NCBI GenBank assembly: GCA_044229845.1
Contig: JBGASG010000006.1
Span: 128,001 to 192,000, forward strand
Source of the DNA: Candidatus Obscuribacteraceae bacterium
GTDB lineage: Bacteria; Cyanobacteriota; Vampirovibrionia; Obscuribacterales; Obscuribacteraceae
DNA: 64,000 nucleotides
Reading direction: 5' to 3'
Part shown: one piece after another, positions 1 to 8,439 of the stretch
Numbering within the stretch: the stretch's first letter is position 1
Layout of the letters: each line of letters opens with the position of its first letter
The notes under the pieces: model-generated
Told to the model about the DNA's origin: nothing
Databases searched by the model: none
Seen by the model: only the letters and a program-made list of their open reading frames with translations
Made by a program: the position numbers and the translations under genes

Positions 1-174
1 CGTTACTTCACGGCCGAAGCGATTCTCGCTCGCGTCTGGCGCTCCGATTTACCGGTATCTACCGACAGCGTTCGTACGCAAATGAAGACCCTGCGGAAGA
101 AGCTGGGCGGTACTGACGACGGTTCGGTGATCGAAAACACCCGCGGGCTCGGGTACAAAATCAAAACCGAATGA
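1..174 (+). CDS. OmpR/PhoB-family response regulator, C-terminal winged-helix part (5' truncated by window)
   Basis: Frame 1 reads ...AILARVW...DSVRTQMKTLRKKLG...IENTRGLGYKI, TGA at 172-174; immediately upstream of a histidine kinase. Confidence 0.9.
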   Translation, partial: RYFTAEAILARVWRSDLPVSTDSVRTQMKTLRKKLGGTDDGSVIENTRGLGYKIKTE

Positions 175-175
175 A

Positions 176-2113
176 GTGAACGGCTCCAGACTTCTCAATT
201 TCAAAACCTTGATCCTGGCAACACTGGCTGCCGTTTTGATCGTGATTTTGGTGGCGGGTTTCATCGCCCACGACAATGTGTTGAGACTTACCCAGGATCT
301 CGATGCCATCAGCCGTGAGACTAATACCCCAGATGTCGTCTTGCGCGTAAACAAGATGCGCGCTCACTTTCATTCTTCGTATGCGACACTACTGGCGACA
401 TCAGCCACCGTCATGGCACTGTTTTCAATTGTGGTGCTGCTCGTCAATGCCAGTGTGGTGACACGTCAGCGAGAAGAAATCGCTCAAGACGTGGTGCTCC
501 GCGTTTCGAAAGTATTGGCCGGCAACTTGAACTTCGACGAAGCAGTTAGCGAGTCGCTGCGGGTGATGTGCGAACACCTGCGGTGCCAGGTCGGTGCGTT
601 CTGGACGCTCGATGAGAAAACACACCTGTATGCGTGCCGCAATTTCTACTCAACTGCAGGCTTTCCAGAATTTGAAAAAGTCACGCGCGAGGGACAACTG
701 GCAAAAGGACGGGGGCTACCGGGTCGTGTCTGGCAGCAATGCATTCCCGTGTGGATCTCCGATCTCTCCACCGACACCAATTTCCCGCGAGTGATCGAGG
801 CCAGTCGAGACGGATTGCGTTCCGGTTTCGCATTTCCGATGACGGCCGGTGGCCGGATTCTGGGAGTGTTCGAGTTTTTCACCACCGGCATCGTACGCGA
901 GAACAAAGACTTCCTGAGCGCATTTGCCATTGTCGGCAATGAACTGGGTCAATCCTTCGAACGGCAGCGCGTAGAAAGCGAGTTGCATACATCAGAGCGG
1001 CGCTTTCGCGAATTTGCCAGCGTCGTCGATGAGTGTTTCTTCGTCAGCTCACCGACTTTGACCGAGCATTACTATGTCAGCCCCGGTTACGAGAAGATCT
1101 GGGGGTATCCGGTCGAAGATGCCTATCGCGATCCTACTCAGTGGGCGCAATCTATTTTGCCAGAACACAAACATCGAGTCGTTGACTATGTGCAGCGGTT
1201 GGGCAATGTGGAACGGCCGGAGACTGAAATCGAGTATCCTATCTACAGACGGGACGGCAGCATCGCCTGGCTTTCGGCGCGTGTTTTTCGCATTCAGCAG
1301 GAAGACGGCGGCTGGCACAGCTGTGGCACCGTCCGCGATATCACAGCACGCAGGCAGCTTGAGCAGCGCGTCAGCGAATTTTACACGATGGTGTCTCACG
1401 AGCTGCGCACACCACTTACCTCAATCAAGGGTTCGCTCTTATTGCTGGAACGAGGTAAGGCGGGAGTGCTCTCGGATCGAGCGTCCGAGTTGATTCATCT
1501 GAGCCGGCGCGAATGCGATCGCGTCATTCGGCTGGTCAATGACATGCTGGACATGAAGAAGATCGAGGCCGGCAAGCTGATGCTCGTTCGCCAGGTAGTC
1601 GATCCGGCGGATGTGGTATCACAAACGCTGCAAGTGATGGCGCCCCTGGCAGCAGAGCGCAAGGTGCATTTGAAGCAGGATGTCCAGACCGGTGATGCCG
1701 TTTACGCCGACAAAGATCTGATTGTTCAAGTGATTACGAACCTGATTGCCAATGCCACCAAATTCTCACCGGAAGACGGCGACATTCTGGTGTCAGCTGA
1801 TGCTGTCGAAGAAAATATCCGCTTTTCGGTGAAAGACGCAGGCCCGGGAATTGATAAGGTCGATCAGGAGCACTTGTTCAAGGCATTCTCTCAGATTCCC
1901 GGACTGGACGGCACCGCGCCGGAGGGTTCGGGATTGGGGCTGGCAATCTGCAAAGGCATTGTCGATGCGCACGGCGGCAAGATCGGTGTAGACAGCGAAT
2001 CCGGACAGGGCGCCACATTCTGGTTCGAAGTCGCGAAAGCTACGCCTGAACAACTCTCGCCCGACAGCAGCACGTTCGAGGAATTGCCGGAAGCTTCGAG
2101 CCAGCATGACTGA
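176..2113 (+). CDS. Membrane sensor histidine kinase (TM-GAF-PAS-HisKA-HATPase)
   Basis: H-box VSHELRTPL, N-box NLIANATKFS, G1 DAGPGI, G2 GSGLGL; GAF-like GLPGRVW; PAS-like YVSPGYEKIWG. Confidence 0.95.
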   Translation: MNGSRLLNFKTLILATLAAVLIVILVAGFIAHDNVLRLTQDLDAISRETNTPDVVLRVNKMRAHFHSSYATLLATSATVMALFSIVVLLVNASVVTRQREEIAQDVVLRVSKVLAGNLNFDEAVSESLRVMCEHLRCQVGAFWTLDEKTHLYACRNFYSTAGFPEFEKVTREGQLAKGRGLPGRVWQQCIPVWISDLSTDTNFPRVIEASRDGLRSGFAFPMTAGGRILGVFEFFTTGIVRENKDFLSAFAIVGNELGQSFERQRVESELHTSERRFREFASVVDECFFVSSPTLTEHYYVSPGYEKIWGYPVEDAYRDPTQWAQSILPEHKHRVVDYVQRLGNVERPETEIEYPIYRRDGSIAWLSARVFRIQQEDGGWHSCGTVRDITARRQLEQRVSEFYTMVSHELRTPLTSIKGSLLLLERGKAGVLSDRASELIHLSRRECDRVIRLVNDMLDMKKIEAGKLMLVRQVVDPADVVSQTLQVMAPLAAERKVHLKQDVQTGDAVYADKDLIVQVITNLIANATKFSPEDGDILVSADAVEENIRFSVKDAGPGIDKVDQEHLFKAFSQIPGLDGTAPEGSGLGLAICKGIVDAHGGKIGVDSESGQGATFWFEVAKATPEQLSPDSSTFEELPEASSQHD

Positions 2114-2462
2114 CGATCTCGATGCTCTGATGCAGCGACTGGCTGCCAATCAGTTCAGAGCAAAGTTCAAACTGGAAAGTAAGGACCATCTCTACCTGCA
2201 GGAAAAGGGCATGGACACCGTACTCGAGCATGGCAGAGATTTTCTGAAGAAACGGCTGGCGCCGGCCAACCCGGTCAAAGACGGCAAGCAGACACCCTGG
2301 CGCGGGCACCCGATATTTGTAGCTCAGCATGCGACCGGAACTTGCTGCCGCAGCTGCCTCGGCAAGTGGCACCAGATTGACAAAGGACGAGAGTTGACCG
2401 ATGAGGAGGTCACCTACATACTCGCAGTGCTGGAGCGCTGGCTGTCTCGATTTGTCTTATAA
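2106..2462 (+). CDS. DUF4186-family protein
   Basis: DGKQTPWRGHPIFVAQHATGTCCRSCLGKWH signature. Confidence 0.85.
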   Translation: MTDDLDALMQRLAANQFRAKFKLESKDHLYLQEKGMDTVLEHGRDFLKKRLAPANPVKDGKQTPWRGHPIFVAQHATGTCCRSCLGKWHQIDKGRELTDEEVTYILAVLERWLSRFVL

Positions 2463-2490
2463 TGGACCGTTCCGGCAATGGAGTAGGGCT

Positions 2491-3444
2491 GTGGTCAAGA
2501 ACTGGAAAGCGACGCTGCTTTTAGTTGCGATTGGATCGGGGTGGGTGCTTGCATCTGAGCCATGCACCGCCGCGGGCAACTCCAATTCGCAGAAGCAGGA
2601 CAAGTCGGCGGCAAAAGCGTCATTGTCTGCAAAAGATGCGCAGGAAGATGCAGTGCGCTCCGTATTGTTGGAACTTTCCAAAGCGGTAGCCGCAGGTGAT
2701 GCAGCGAAGACGGCCGCGCTCTGGGCAGACGATGCCGTGTTTATCGACGAAGCCGGCGAGGAGTCGCGCGGTCGGGCCGCCCTGCTCGAACGATTCACTC
2801 ATGGCTTCAAACAACGCGATCCGTCTACGATAGGACTGCATCCAGAGCACATTGATCTACCGGCGGACAACGTTGCCATGGTGGTCGGCTCAGTCACCAG
2901 TAAAACCAACGGAGTCGAGTTGCCCGCGGCACGGTTTTCGATGGTGCTCGTGAAGCAGAAAACGGGTTGGGTGATTAATCAGGTAAGCGAGACGATCATT
3001 CAAGAAGTCGGTGCCGCCGATCATTTGCAAGAGTTGCAGTGGCTGATAGGCAAATGGCAGGTCAGCAAGACAGACAATGCTGCGGTATTGGAGACGACCT
3101 GGGCACCGGGACGCAGCTTCATTCACTCCAAGTGCACATTCAATAGAAGCGGCGCGCAGCAAGTCGACAACCAGGTAATTGGTTGGGACCCGCGCAGCAA
3201 GACATTTGTGTCGTGGCACTTCGACCAGAATGGCGGCTTCGGATATGGGAAGTGGAACCATAAACCAGACGGCTGGCAAATCGATTTTGCGGGTGTAGGG
3301 GGAGACGGCAGCAGCACGCGTGCCACCAACATCTTCACGATGAAGGGACCTGACGAATTTGTCTGGCAATCAATCGATCAAACCGCAGACGGCAACTCTG
3401 TGCCCGACTGCCCGGCGCTGACACTGCAAAGAGTGAAACCGTGA
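2491..3444 (+). CDS. Secreted SnoaL/NTF2-like (SgcJ/EcaC, DUF4440-type) protein
   Basis: Signal-like N-terminus; GDAAKTAALWADDAVF...RGRAAL NTF2 pattern; LQWLIGKW second domain; GTG 2491 chosen because the 2401 start overlaps the previous gene. Confidence 0.7.
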   Translation: MVKNWKATLLLVAIGSGWVLASEPCTAAGNSNSQKQDKSAAKASLSAKDAQEDAVRSVLLELSKAVAAGDAAKTAALWADDAVFIDEAGEESRGRAALLERFTHGFKQRDPSTIGLHPEHIDLPADNVAMVVGSVTSKTNGVELPAARFSMVLVKQKTGWVINQVSETIIQEVGAADHLQELQWLIGKWQVSKTDNAAVLETTWAPGRSFIHSKCTFNRSGAQQVDNQVIGWDPRSKTFVSWHFDQNGGFGYGKWNHKPDGWQIDFAGVGGDGSSTRATNIFTMKGPDEFVWQSIDQTADGNSVPDCPALTLQRVKP

Positions 3445-4202
3445 TTAAACGTTTAGCGCTTGCTTCGATAATCGCGTGGCAGGTCGCTGCCGCAGACTGT
3501 GCCGCGCAGAATTATTTCAACGGCGGTTTTTCAGGACTGGCGCAACCGCAGTATCAACAGCGTCCCCCACAGCAGTATCAACAGCAACAGCCCCAGCAAT
3601 ATCGGCAAGCACCGCAGCGCTCGGGCACCAGCACGATGGCTGGACTGGAGAGTGTACTCAATCAGGTCGATAACTCCAATTGGAATAATGTTCCAGTCAG
3701 CGGCAATCGGCAGCCGCAGCAACAAATGCAAGCTCAATCGATGATGGGCGCAGCGCCTGCCATGTCGGGCAACGGCGGTGGCGGCGGAATGTTTCCCAAA
3801 ATGAGTCGCCGCGAAATGACGCGCATCTTTCTCGAGGGCGGCAGCCCCATGGGAATGGGCATGGGAATGGGCGGTGGTGGTGGTGCGGCGCCACCACAAA
3901 ACAATTCGCAGGCAACGAGCACTGCATACTCCAACTATCAAACTGCCTGCAACGAAGAGACCAAGTCGCGCAACTACGCAAACACCGCACGATACGACGG
4001 CAGCGAATGGAACAGAAAAAATGCTGCCGAGCAAGCATATTACGCGGCCAATAACGCTAACTACGCCGCGCAACGAGCCGAGTCAGCCGCCTACAACGGC
4101 GGTTCCGATGCGCAAGGCTATGCGAGACTCGCCAGGGCGGCAGCCAATCGCGCGCGCGAAAACGCCAATCGCGCCCGCTACAATGCTGACACCATTCGGT
4201 AA
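3441..4202 (+). CDS. Secreted low-complexity hypothetical protein
   Basis: Signal peptide, Q/G/M-rich segment, Ala/Asn/Arg-rich helical C-terminus; GTGA overlap with upstream gene. Confidence 0.7.
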   Translation: MIKRLALASIIAWQVAAADCAAQNYFNGGFSGLAQPQYQQRPPQQYQQQQPQQYRQAPQRSGTSTMAGLESVLNQVDNSNWNNVPVSGNRQPQQQMQAQSMMGAAPAMSGNGGGGGMFPKMSRREMTRIFLEGGSPMGMGMGMGGGGGAAPPQNNSQATSTAYSNYQTACNEETKSRNYANTARYDGSEWNRKNAAEQAYYAANNANYAAQRAESAAYNGGSDAQGYARLARAAANRARENANRARYNADTIR

Positions 4203-4225
4203 GTTTCGTCAGCGCTTGAGCCCGA

Positions 4226-4747
4226 CTACTTTGTCTTTTTGGTCGTGGTGGTTTTGGTCGATGTCGCTTTGGTTGTAGTCTTTGCAGTAGTCTTCGCGGC
4301 CGGTGCTTTGGCTGCCGGAGCAGTGGTGGTTGTCGTGCTTGTAGTTGTGGTGGTGGCAGGTTTAGCCGCTGGTGGTGGCGTGCTGCCGGCGCGACTGAAT
4401 TCCATGTTGAACTTGGTGAATTGCTTATCGAGGTCGTCTACGCCGGGTTGAACATAGCCCTCTTTCTCGCACTTCGCGTCCAGTTCACCGAGACGCACCA
4501 GTTCGGCGCTAAATTGATCAGCTTGAGCTTGCGTCAACCAACCCTTGGTCAAGCCCATCTGAATCTGGTCTTTATAGGTTTTGATGCGCTCTTTATATTT
4601 GGGGGCAAACTTGTTGGCACCCTTGAAACCCACGCCGCTGGACGAGTACGTCGTTTCATCCGCAAATGCCGGAACAAGCGCAACCGCACCGAGCACGAGA
4701 ACGGACAAAGCGGACACGACCGAGGTTCCCAAAACAAGTTTCTTCAT
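4226..4747 (-). CDS. Secreted hypothetical protein with Thr/Lys/Ala-rich tail
   Basis: Signal peptide ending PAFA; GAGG upstream of ATG. Confidence 0.75.
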   Translation of the reverse strand: MKKLVLGTSVVSALSVLVLGAVALVPAFADETTYSSSGVGFKGANKFAPKYKERIKTYKDQIQMGLTKGWLTQAQADQFSAELVRLGELDAKCEKEGYVQPGVDDLDKQFTKFNMEFSRAGSTPPPAAKPATTTTTSTTTTTAPAAKAPAAKTTAKTTTKATSTKTTTTKKTK

Positions 4748-4806
4748 GACATGCCTCTTTTTCGACTGAGCCTCGTCATTATAGTGGGATACCCTAGGGA
4801 CGGGTC

Positions 4807-5487
4807 ATGGACAACAAAGTGGCACTGAAGGTATTTGGCGGCGGCTGGCTGATCCCGATTACGATCGGCGGCATGATGTTTGCAGCGGCCGGAACGCTCA
4901 ACTACTGGCAGGGTTGGTTAGCGTTAGTGGTGTTTTGCGTCTGCTCGTTTCTCAACACACTCAGTTTGGCCAGGCGCGATCCCGAACTGCTGGCTCGCCG
5001 CCTCAAAGCTGGTCCTACAGCTGAAAAGCGTGTCTCGCAAAAGATCATTATGTGCTTGACGTTCGGCATGTTCATCGGCATATTCGCTCTGGCAGGGCTC
5101 GACTACAGGTATGGATGGTCGCAGATGACGCCTGTGGTGGTGGTCATCGGCGATTGCATGATTGCGCTTGGCTATTTAATTTTCGAGTACGTCTTCCGCG
5201 AGAATACTTTTGCCGCGGCGAACATCGATGTCGAGTCGAATCAGAAGGTAATCTCTTCCGGTCCGTACAGCGTAGTGCGGCACCCCATGTACTTTGGCGC
5301 GTTGATACTGATCGTCGGACTATCCCTCGCCCTGGGTAGCTGGTGGTGCCTGGCGTTGGGGCTGGTGATGCTGCCGATCCTGATCTGGCGCATCCTCGAT
5401 GAAGAACGCCTGTTGGCTGAGGAACTGCCCGGCTACCGAGAGTATTGCTCCAGCGTGAAGTATCGCCTCATTCCTGGCGTGTTCTAG
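4807..5487 (+). CDS. Isoprenylcysteine carboxylmethyltransferase (ICMT/PEMT)-family membrane protein
   Basis: GPYSVVRHPMY, EERLL and YRLIPGVF motifs; several TM helices. Confidence 0.9.
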   Translation: MDNKVALKVFGGGWLIPITIGGMMFAAAGTLNYWQGWLALVVFCVCSFLNTLSLARRDPELLARRLKAGPTAEKRVSQKIIMCLTFGMFIGIFALAGLDYRYGWSQMTPVVVVIGDCMIALGYLIFEYVFRENTFAAANIDVESNQKVISSGPYSVVRHPMYFGALILIVGLSLALGSWWCLALGLVMLPILIWRILDEERLLAEELPGYREYCSSVKYRLIPGVF

Positions 5488-5604
5488 ATTCACGCAGGGA
5501 CGCACTGCGCGCACATTGACAAGCGCCCACCGATCCCCCCTTTGCATATCCGATCGGCTGCACACCTGATAAACTTGTGTGCTTCCAAGAAGGTGGGACA
5601 AACC

Positions 5605-6402
5605 ATGAGCACGATGAAAGCGCACGAAATTGATTACGCGGTGCTGGGCGACGATATCCAGGCTGTAGAGATCGAACTGGATCCCGGTGAGACAGTAATC
5701 GCAGAAGCTGGCGCGATGAATTACATGGAAGAAGGCATCACCTTCGAGTCCAAGATGGGTGACGGCACTGATGCCAACGCCGGAATGATGAACAAGTTGT
5801 TTGGCGCAGGCAAGCGATTGATGGCCGGTGAGTCGATGATGATAACTCACTTCAGCAACTCCGGCGCCGGCAAACAGAAAGTTTGCTTCGCCGCGCCGTA
5901 TCCCGGCAAAATCATTCCGCTCAACCTCGCCGAACTCGGTGGAACAGTTCTTTGCCAGCGCGACGGTTTCTTGTGCGCGGCATTCGGCACCAAGTTGGAC
6001 ATTGCATTCACACAAAAAATGGGCGCCGGCTTCTTTGGCGGCGAAGGTTTCATTCTACAGAAACTGAGCGGTGACGGTCTCTGTTTCGTTCACGCCTGCG
6101 GCACGATCATCAAGCGTGAATTGCGTGGAGAAACGCTGCGCGTCGACACGGGCTGCCTGGTTGCTTTCACGCCGGGTATCGATTACAGCATCCAGCGCGC
6201 CGGCAATCTCAAGTCGATGATCTTCGGCGGCGAAGGTCTGTTCCTGGCGACCTTGAGAGGAACAGGAACTGTGTGGCTGCAAAGCCTGCCGTTCTCGCGT
6301 CTCGCTAACCGCATCATTGAGAATGCGCCGGTGCGCGGCGGTTCGTCGGCAGAACAGGCCGGCGGCGTGCTTGGCGCCATCGGCAACATGTTCGAAACGT
6401 AA
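5605..6402 (+). CDS. TIGR00266/AIM24-family protein
   Basis: [29 protein letters not shown] motifs. Confidence 0.9.
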   Translation: MSTMKAHEIDYAVLGDDIQAVEIELDPGETVIAEAGAMNYMEEGITFESKMGDGTDANAGMMNKLFGAGKRLMAGESMMITHFSNSGAGKQKVCFAAPYPGKIIPLNLAELGGTVLCQRDGFLCAAFGTKLDIAFTQKMGAGFFGGEGFILQKLSGDGLCFVHACGTIIKRELRGETLRVDTGCLVAFTPGIDYSIQRAGNLKSMIFGGEGLFLATLRGTGTVWLQSLPFSRLANRIIENAPVRGGSSAEQAGGVLGAIGNMFET

Positions 6403-7113
6403 TTGATTGATTGCCCGGTGCCGGACAAGCTGAACGCACGAGCCCTAGCCAAACACCGGAAGCGATTTCTGCGTTTCTTTCCGAAAGCTTTTCGCGACCA
6501 GCGATATCTCGATTGGGAACACGACTACAAATGGCGCTCGCATTTGCTCTGGAATGAGCTGCTCGACGAAGAGGAGTTCAAGCGACTCCTGCGCCTCGGG
6601 CAGTACTCGGAGATTGCGACGCGCGCCCTGCGTGTCGAGCAGAAGACAGTGCCGCCGTTTCTCTTTTCATTCGAGAAGATGGCGCTTCGCGATGCGTTGC
6701 ACACCGAATATGGTGCCCAGGTATTCGCTGATGCGTTGTTCGAGCTGCTGCACGGCAAGGGAGATTTGCGCAGCCGCTTTGTTCAATGGATTATCGCCGT
6801 CGGCGATTTGCCGCGCAAGAAGTCGCGAGTTCTGTCGTGGCCCAATCTGACCTTCTTTCCCTTCATTGCTCAACCGAACAAATACATCATCATGAAACCC
6901 TCGGCGATGCGGGTCGCGGCGACAGAACTCGGTTATGACCTCGAGTATTCATCAAAGCCGTCCTTCACCACCTACAAAAGACTCTTGGACCTGGCGGATC
7001 TTGTGCGCGAAGGAATAGCCGATTTGAAACCGCGCAACTATCACGATCTACAAACATTTCTCTACGTAATCGGATCCGCCGAATACGAGCAAATAGAGGC
7101 GGATCAATTGTAG
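6403..7113 (+). CDS. Hypothetical protein
   Basis: 236-aa ORF abutting upstream stop; start uncertain (TTG 6403 or GTG 6418). Confidence 0.7.
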   Translation: MIDCPVPDKLNARALAKHRKRFLRFFPKAFRDQRYLDWEHDYKWRSHLLWNELLDEEEFKRLLRLGQYSEIATRALRVEQKTVPPFLFSFEKMALRDALHTEYGAQVFADALFELLHGKGDLRSRFVQWIIAVGDLPRKKSRVLSWPNLTFFPFIAQPNKYIIMKPSAMRVAATELGYDLEYSSKPSFTTYKRLLDLADLVREGIADLKPRNYHDLQTFLYVIGSAEYEQIEADQL

Positions 7114-7160
7114 CCACTTGATGATAAACTCAAGAGCCACGCTCACGACAGGAGATTGAA

Positions 7161-7778
7161 ATGAAGTTGCGATTGATTTCGATTTCACTGGTATCCGCAC
7201 TCTTAGCTACTGCACATTGCAATCCGTCCCGTGCGGACAACGCCACCGCCACCGCCGAACTGGACAAAAAGGTGGAAGCCGTCGTCAAAGACAATTTCAA
7301 GAACCTCGGCGAGCTTCCTAAACCAGGATCAGTGTTTCCGTGGATTCCGCGCGCGACACCGATGTTTCCGGACACATGGCCGCCGTCTAAGGGGATGAAA
7401 CTTGTCTCTTATGGATTTTGCTGGTCGGAGAACTCACCGCATTCGGAGCACCAGACCAGCCCATTTTTGATAGTGCGCGTTGATCCCAACAAGTCGAACA
7501 GCATCGCCACTGAGTCTGTTAAATTCGATCCGAAAGACTTCGGTACGCTGGGTTTCGGACCGGTGACTAAAGCCGAAGCGGATAGATTTCTCGCCGATCA
7601 GCAAGCGGTGGTGCAGCTGTTTACAGATGTTTCGCAAGGCAAGAAAGAACCTACCGCCGCAGATTTGACGGTAGTTAAGCGACACTACAAATCGTGGGCG
7701 TCGAACAACAGCGTAATCAACGCGCGACTGGCGCCATATCAAAAGAATTTCTTCGCGTGGTTGCAAGAGAAGCCATGA
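7161..7778 (+). CDS. Secreted hypothetical protein
   Basis: AGGAG RBS; signal peptide. Confidence 0.75.
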   Translation: MKLRLISISLVSALLATAHCNPSRADNATATAELDKKVEAVVKDNFKNLGELPKPGSVFPWIPRATPMFPDTWPPSKGMKLVSYGFCWSENSPHSEHQTSPFLIVRVDPNKSNSIATESVKFDPKDFGTLGFGPVTKAEADRFLADQQAVVQLFTDVSQGKKEPTAADLTVVKRHYKSWASNNSVINARLAPYQKNFFAWLQEKP

Positions 7779-8413
7779 AAAAACAAGCATTAGTTGCGGT
7801 AAACGCTTTGCTGACACTGTCACTGTGCGCCTGCTCGGGCGGCGGCAAAGGCATGGGCAGTGTTGGTGGCGGAACTCAGTCGTACAAACATCTGTATCGC
7901 GACGACACTGGTCACATGTATGCAGTGTTCGACCGGGCATACCAGGCGACTTACAAGACCACCGGCGGATTTGCGTATGACACCGAGAAGATATTTCGCG
8001 ACGGCGCCGGTCATGTCAGGTCTGAAACGTCCGGGCTGGAGCCGACCGCGATTCAAGTCCTCGACTTGAACAAAAATCAGTTTACTATCTGGTCACCGGT
8101 TGGCAAGCAAGTCTACATTCAGCGCAAGGCGATGCCCATGGATCCGCTGGTGATGCGTGTCAACATGGAGAATCTGCCGCGCGACCAAGGCGCGATCGGA
8201 GAAAAAGTGATCGACGGACACAAGTGCCATGGATACAAAAAAGACGGCACTGAAATCTGGTACGACGATGATTTCAATTGTCCGGTGAAGATGACGAACG
8301 GCACCGCCGAGCTTAAACTCGTCGAGTTCAGCGACAAGGCGCCGGATCCGTCGCTATTCGAGCCGCCCCCCGGATACACACGCACCAAGCAGTCTTCGAA
8401 CTTCTTCAACTGA
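7775..8413 (+). CDS. Putative lipoprotein (DUF4412/LolA-like fold)
   Basis: ATGA overlap; lipobox-like LCAC; GEKVIDGHKC and PSLFEPPPGY motifs. Confidence 0.7.
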   Translation: MKKQALVAVNALLTLSLCACSGGGKGMGSVGGGTQSYKHLYRDDTGHMYAVFDRAYQATYKTTGGFAYDTEKIFRDGAGHVRSETSGLEPTAIQVLDLNKNQFTIWSPVGKQVYIQRKAMPMDPLVMRVNMENLPRDQGAIGEKVIDGHKCHGYKKDGTEIWYDDDFNCPVKMTNGTAELKLVEFSDKAPDPSLFEPPPGYTRTKQSSNFFN

Positions 8414-8439
8414 ACCGGATCACTTCAACTGATCCCAGA

